A stretch of DNA of 64,000 nt from an uncultured bacterium (GTDB lineage: Bacteria > Fidelibacterota > Marinisomatia > Marinisomatales > UBA1611), in contig CBFIBM010000001.1 of NCBI GenBank assembly GCA_965660855.1, positions 32,001 through 96,000 on the forward strand. The letters are read 5' to 3'. Under the pieces are notes generated by a model. It searched no databases. It was given only the letters and a program-made list of their open reading frames with translations, and had not been told where the DNA came from. Below, in pieces: positions 61,401 through 64,000 of the stretch. A program made the translations under genes and the position numbers. Every line of letters begins with the position of its first letter. Position 1 is the stretch's first letter.

Positions 61401-62188
61401 AAGATATTGGTTCTGCGATAGATGAGGAAAATAATATAGTAATGTCATACAACTTAAATATTCCATTGAGATCATCAGCTTTTTTTCAAAATTCACAAAT
61501 TGATGCTGAGATATTAGGTGAGATAAGTTTATCTCAAAAGGGACATCAAGAAGTTGATTTTGGTGGACAAATTATTGTTGAAGATGGTAACATTTTCTCC
61601 TATAAAGATAACTTTGATGGATTACAAGGTATTGTAAATTTTGACAATAAAGGTTTTAATCCTTTTATTGATGTTAATGCTAACACTTTTATTGATGATG
61701 AGAGAATTAGCCTAAGAATTTCAGGTGGAATTGATGATCTTGATATAATTTTAGAATCTGGAAGTGGATTCTCTGAGAGTGATATTTTAGAACTTTTAAC
61801 ATGGGGTAAACGTTTTGAAGATCAAGAAATGACCTCAACCGGATTTGGTAATCAAACAGTTTCAATACTTGGGGCATTACTTGAGAATCAATTAGAGAAA
61901 AATTTAAAAGAATCAAGTTTAGGTATGATGAATTATGTTGATGATATTGATATAAAAGGGGCAGCAGGCCTTCTGCAAGGTGCTGATGAAGATTTCGAAT
62001 TGACTGCAAAAAGGCAAATTGGAAATAAAACATATCTAAATCTTTCATATAAACGCTCATTCTCTTTGAATCAAGATCAATCTCAAATTGGAGTAGAATA
62101 TAAGCTTAATAGACATTTTTCAGTTGTAGGGAATATGGATAAAGAAGGAAATCTAAATTTAAAATATAGATATAGATATGCATATTGA
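58412..62188 (+). CDS. tamB: Translocation and assembly module TamB (AsmA-like, DUF490 C-terminus)
   Basis: N-terminal TM anchor, long beta-rich repeats, C-terminal FNP.IDV.A...ESDILELL...YRYRYAY; adjacent to an Omp85 gene. Confidence 0.8.
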   Translation: MILRKFKYYALGIIASIFILVGYFSRTELHKNLITRVLNQKLEPIGLHLTYENASGFIFSTLYFENISIVNKKNNAILIEEIAFNINYFSTFFDLLTFDLVVIEGLQGEIFNPESNNTKEYTDFFFLEIPVNIKSLFIDGRFNHTFNKKLNEMKFFVSGSFNSDKEKKLDCDILKVKINEDNNLSCDLKNIIIQSDSEKIFFRNIKGEFLTLPVKGQINYDTKKSRLNGELELVEFSFPEDFFQKTPLKDKFSNFRGSLSFESNFKNFTGKIKIENNLDLNAIGEFHILKEEDIWFLKKLKLNGENSELTINGLLENRERINSYINLKNLDLSRWMNDQKETNLSGLLILDASLANYKTLDQIDLTLEILEEKLFNEGEISINGQISYKDSLINTADPVLIFVGDSYLTIDGEGNLKNNHVNLSIELEKADIDLINNFMPGDFISGVATGKMNVNGNINNPIVNSELLCENVKVDDFLLQTLNLSSKIEWDNNLPFGFLDIKAGIGTWRTFSFENGTFEAAFNKKEMIIENCHFKSGGDFFQTSGSVQNFRNYNIDRLQIAYQDNYLVNSKELSFSLSDSTFRFKPFELHINDGTLEGILEKDIITEGHFKMSNFNAKIFTQFINDKRLQVSGLIFGEIYVKSSLGSDNLDFDISLKNGFYMDQEFDEMIISCLFRNGVIHIDDISMTKKGKSGFNITGIYPYDVKKSRMPSISLSSNFSNFPLSIINQYFPKFFDINGDATGTITISGNPKKSNYSYQIEVENMIFDLVELGKVYLEGSYKDNSLFIEKLFSKSINGEIIVSGYIPYNLNIGSSNLGKYFSDDTFDLSIHSKLNNLYLLTPYITDLDSIIGDFDVILELTGKPDEIKRNGKINLINGQLYTIQLGDDINRINGEAIVRDNILSITSLKANIFHQNSKYLNKANTNTKISGEIDISQFFKPDYNLRIEAIEASYRLLFIDITGQANLNLEISGRDTIEISGVIESLDANVFYEFNQEDIGSAIDEENNIVMSYNLNIPLRSSAFFQNSQIDAEILGEISLSQKGHQEVDFGGQIIVEDGNIFSYKDNFDGLQGIVNFDNKGFNPFIDVNANTFIDDERISLRISGGIDDLDIILESGSGFSESDILELLTWGKRFEDQEMTSTGFGNQTVSILGALLENQLEKNLKESSLGMMNYVDDIDIKGAAGLLQGADEDFELTAKRQIGNKTYLNLSYKRSFSLNQDQSQIGVEYKLNRHFSVVGNMDKEGNLNLKYRYRYAY

Positions 62189-63971
62189 CATTTATTGTAA
62201 AATTAGAAGACTTATCTTTACGTTATTATTTTTTAGTTATCTTTATTCTGAAAAAGAAGTCTCCAAAATAAGAAACTTAACGATTGTTGGTAATGATAAT
62301 ATATCAAAAAACGCTATACTTTTTTTATTGAGGCAAAAGCCGCCAAATCTCTTTTTTAAAAAACCAAAATTTGAACCAAGACTTGTAAAACTTGATGCTT
62401 TAACTATTAAGAATTTTTATCATTCTAGAGGCTTCCTAGATGTAAAGATAATTGATACTTTTAAAACAAGCTCAGGATACACCGATATTAATTTTGAAAT
62501 TAATGAAGGGAAACAATATTTTCTTTCCGATATTAAAATTAAGGGAAATAAAATTATCTCAGATGATGAAATTTCTAGACTTTTGGGTTTAATTAAGGGG
62601 AAGCCATATGACCCTGTCGGTGTCAATGATAATATTTATAAAATAGAAAATTTGTATCATGATGAAGCTAAATTATTCTTCAAGATAAAAATTAATGATC
62701 AAATAAATGATTCTGTTAAAGTAAATATTGTTTTGGATGAGGGTGAAGATGTTTTTATAAAGGATGTATTTTTAGAAAAGAATGGGAAGATAGATAGTTC
62801 TTTAATAAATAGGGAAATTTTATTTAAAAAAAGTGATCTATACTCAAAAAATATTATTGATAGAACTTCAAAAAGACTCCGGGAAATGGGTGTTTTTTCA
62901 TCTGTGAATATTATCCCCGTAAAAGTTTCTGAATCTGATTCTTTGGTTAATATTGTAATTGAATTCCGTAAATATAAACAAAGAGAATGGAATTCGTCTG
63001 GGGGATATGACCCTATAAGTTTTGCAGAAGGCGCGCCTGAATTGCCTGCTATAAGTGGTACAATTGAATGGAGAAATAGGTCTTTTTTTAATACGCCAAA
63101 ACAGTTTTCAACAAAATTACTTGCTGGTATTCCTGTAAATGCAAATTATTTAACACCTCGTATTAGATACGATACAAGTTTATCAGGTAATTGGTTCCTT
63201 GGTATAAGATTTCCAACAAAATTTACTGGCTATTATGAACGATTTATTTTATATAACACGAATAAATATGAAGGGGACATTAACAGATTTGGTGCAAATA
63301 TGTCTCAACGAATTGAATTTCAAAAAAGATCATTTATTGAAATGAAAGCCGTATGGGAGTCCTTCAGTGATGAAACTGCAAAAAAAGTTGAAGAAAAATC
63401 TATTTCCCTTAAAATGAATATAGATAAAAGGAATAACCCGCTTTACACAACTAAAGGTTATTTTTTAAAGTTTTTATCTAAATTTGCGGGATTTGGTGGT
63501 GAAAGAGAATATCAAAAAGTTGACTTGTCAACTCATGTTTATTTTCCTTTATATAAAAAATCAATTTTTGCAATTCGTCTTCAAAATGGAAAAATTTGGG
63601 GATGGGATGATAGCAAGAATACTGATTATTCGTATGAGAAATTTTATTTAGGTGGTAGTACCTCAATGAGAGCATGGGATGTTTTAAGATTTAAAGAAAA
63701 TCAGGGAAATCCCTCAGGTTCCCTGATTAGAATTATGACAAATATTGAATTAAGAATGAGTTTATATAAAAATTTTGGTATAACATTTTTTACTGACGGT
63801 GGGTTGCTTGAAGATAATTACAAATATATCAGTATAGATAATATGAAATGGGATGCAGGAGCAGGAATTACGATAAAAACTCCTTTAGGCCCTGCGAGAT
63901 TAGACTATGCATTTCAAATTTCTGAAAATTATATGGGTAAAATTCAATTAGGCGTACAAAGTTTATTCTAA
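62178..63971 (+). CDS. Omp85 family outer-membrane protein (TamA/BamA-like, about 3 POTRA domains)
   Basis: POTRA motifs (GN..IS, YHSRGF, INEG), barrel motif FYLGGSTSMRAW, TPLGPARLDYA, terminal Phe. Confidence 0.88.
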   Translation: MHIDIYCKIRRLIFTLLFFSYLYSEKEVSKIRNLTIVGNDNISKNAILFLLRQKPPNLFFKKPKFEPRLVKLDALTIKNFYHSRGFLDVKIIDTFKTSSGYTDINFEINEGKQYFLSDIKIKGNKIISDDEISRLLGLIKGKPYDPVGVNDNIYKIENLYHDEAKLFFKIKINDQINDSVKVNIVLDEGEDVFIKDVFLEKNGKIDSSLINREILFKKSDLYSKNIIDRTSKRLREMGVFSSVNIIPVKVSESDSLVNIVIEFRKYKQREWNSSGGYDPISFAEGAPELPAISGTIEWRNRSFFNTPKQFSTKLLAGIPVNANYLTPRIRYDTSLSGNWFLGIRFPTKFTGYYERFILYNTNKYEGDINRFGANMSQRIEFQKRSFIEMKAVWESFSDETAKKVEEKSISLKMNIDKRNNPLYTTKGYFLKFLSKFAGFGGEREYQKVDLSTHVYFPLYKKSIFAIRLQNGKIWGWDDSKNTDYSYEKFYLGGSTSMRAWDVLRFKENQGNPSGSLIRIMTNIELRMSLYKNFGITFFTDGGLLEDNYKYISIDNMKWDAGAGITIKTPLGPARLDYAFQISENYMGKIQLGVQSLF

Positions 63972-64000
63972 CTTTATTGAAACATTATTCACAATAGAAT

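Noticed and set aside
1..64000. tRNA/rRNA genes, CRISPR arrays, IS elements, prophage or defence genes
   Set aside because: None recognised. Intergenic gaps are mostly tiny and nearly all ORFs have housekeeping or envelope assignments; a covariance-model scan was not possible.

Overview
A very AT-rich, densely packed bacterial chromosome segment. Gene content (Bacteroidetes-like bS22, 11-subunit Nuo, Na+-NQR, Lol/Tam, DacA) suggests a streamlined marine diderm of the FCB group, possibly Marinimicrobia/SAR406; this is inference only. From left to right it holds: a minus-strand surface-polysaccharide operon (Wza/SLBB, an unusual HTH-fused Wzz, Wzx, Wzy, start of a glycosyltransferase); serS-plsC-rfaE2-mltD-HU-bS22-xseAB-nadK; and a small minus-strand PhyH / CoA-binding / proline dehydrogenase trio. 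An almost uninterrupted 49-kb plus-strand run follows: nuoABCDHIJKLMN (no nuoEFG) running directly into nqrABCDEF-apbE, an inverted nqrM, a Na+/H+ antiporter-like gene, pduO, DHH, ispH, pdxST, dxs, an isobutyryl-CoA-mutase-like subunit, an archaeal-type GAPDH-like protein, tilS-hpt-ftsH-folP-dacA, frameshifted prfB, lysS, lolCED, clpC, dnaK and tamB-Omp85. The most notable signals are (i) a headless complex I with a duplicated NuoC N-terminal module, apparently co-operonic with Na+-NQR; (ii) a Wzz carrying an N-terminal winged-HTH-like domain, with a structured, palindrome-containing region upstream of its operon; (iii) matching sigma54-like promoters with a TGAC-N5-GTCA-type site at identical spacing before ftsH and dnaK; and (iv) apparent ATT/ATC initiation of pdxT and folP. 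I recognised no tRNA, rRNA, CRISPR array or mobile element.
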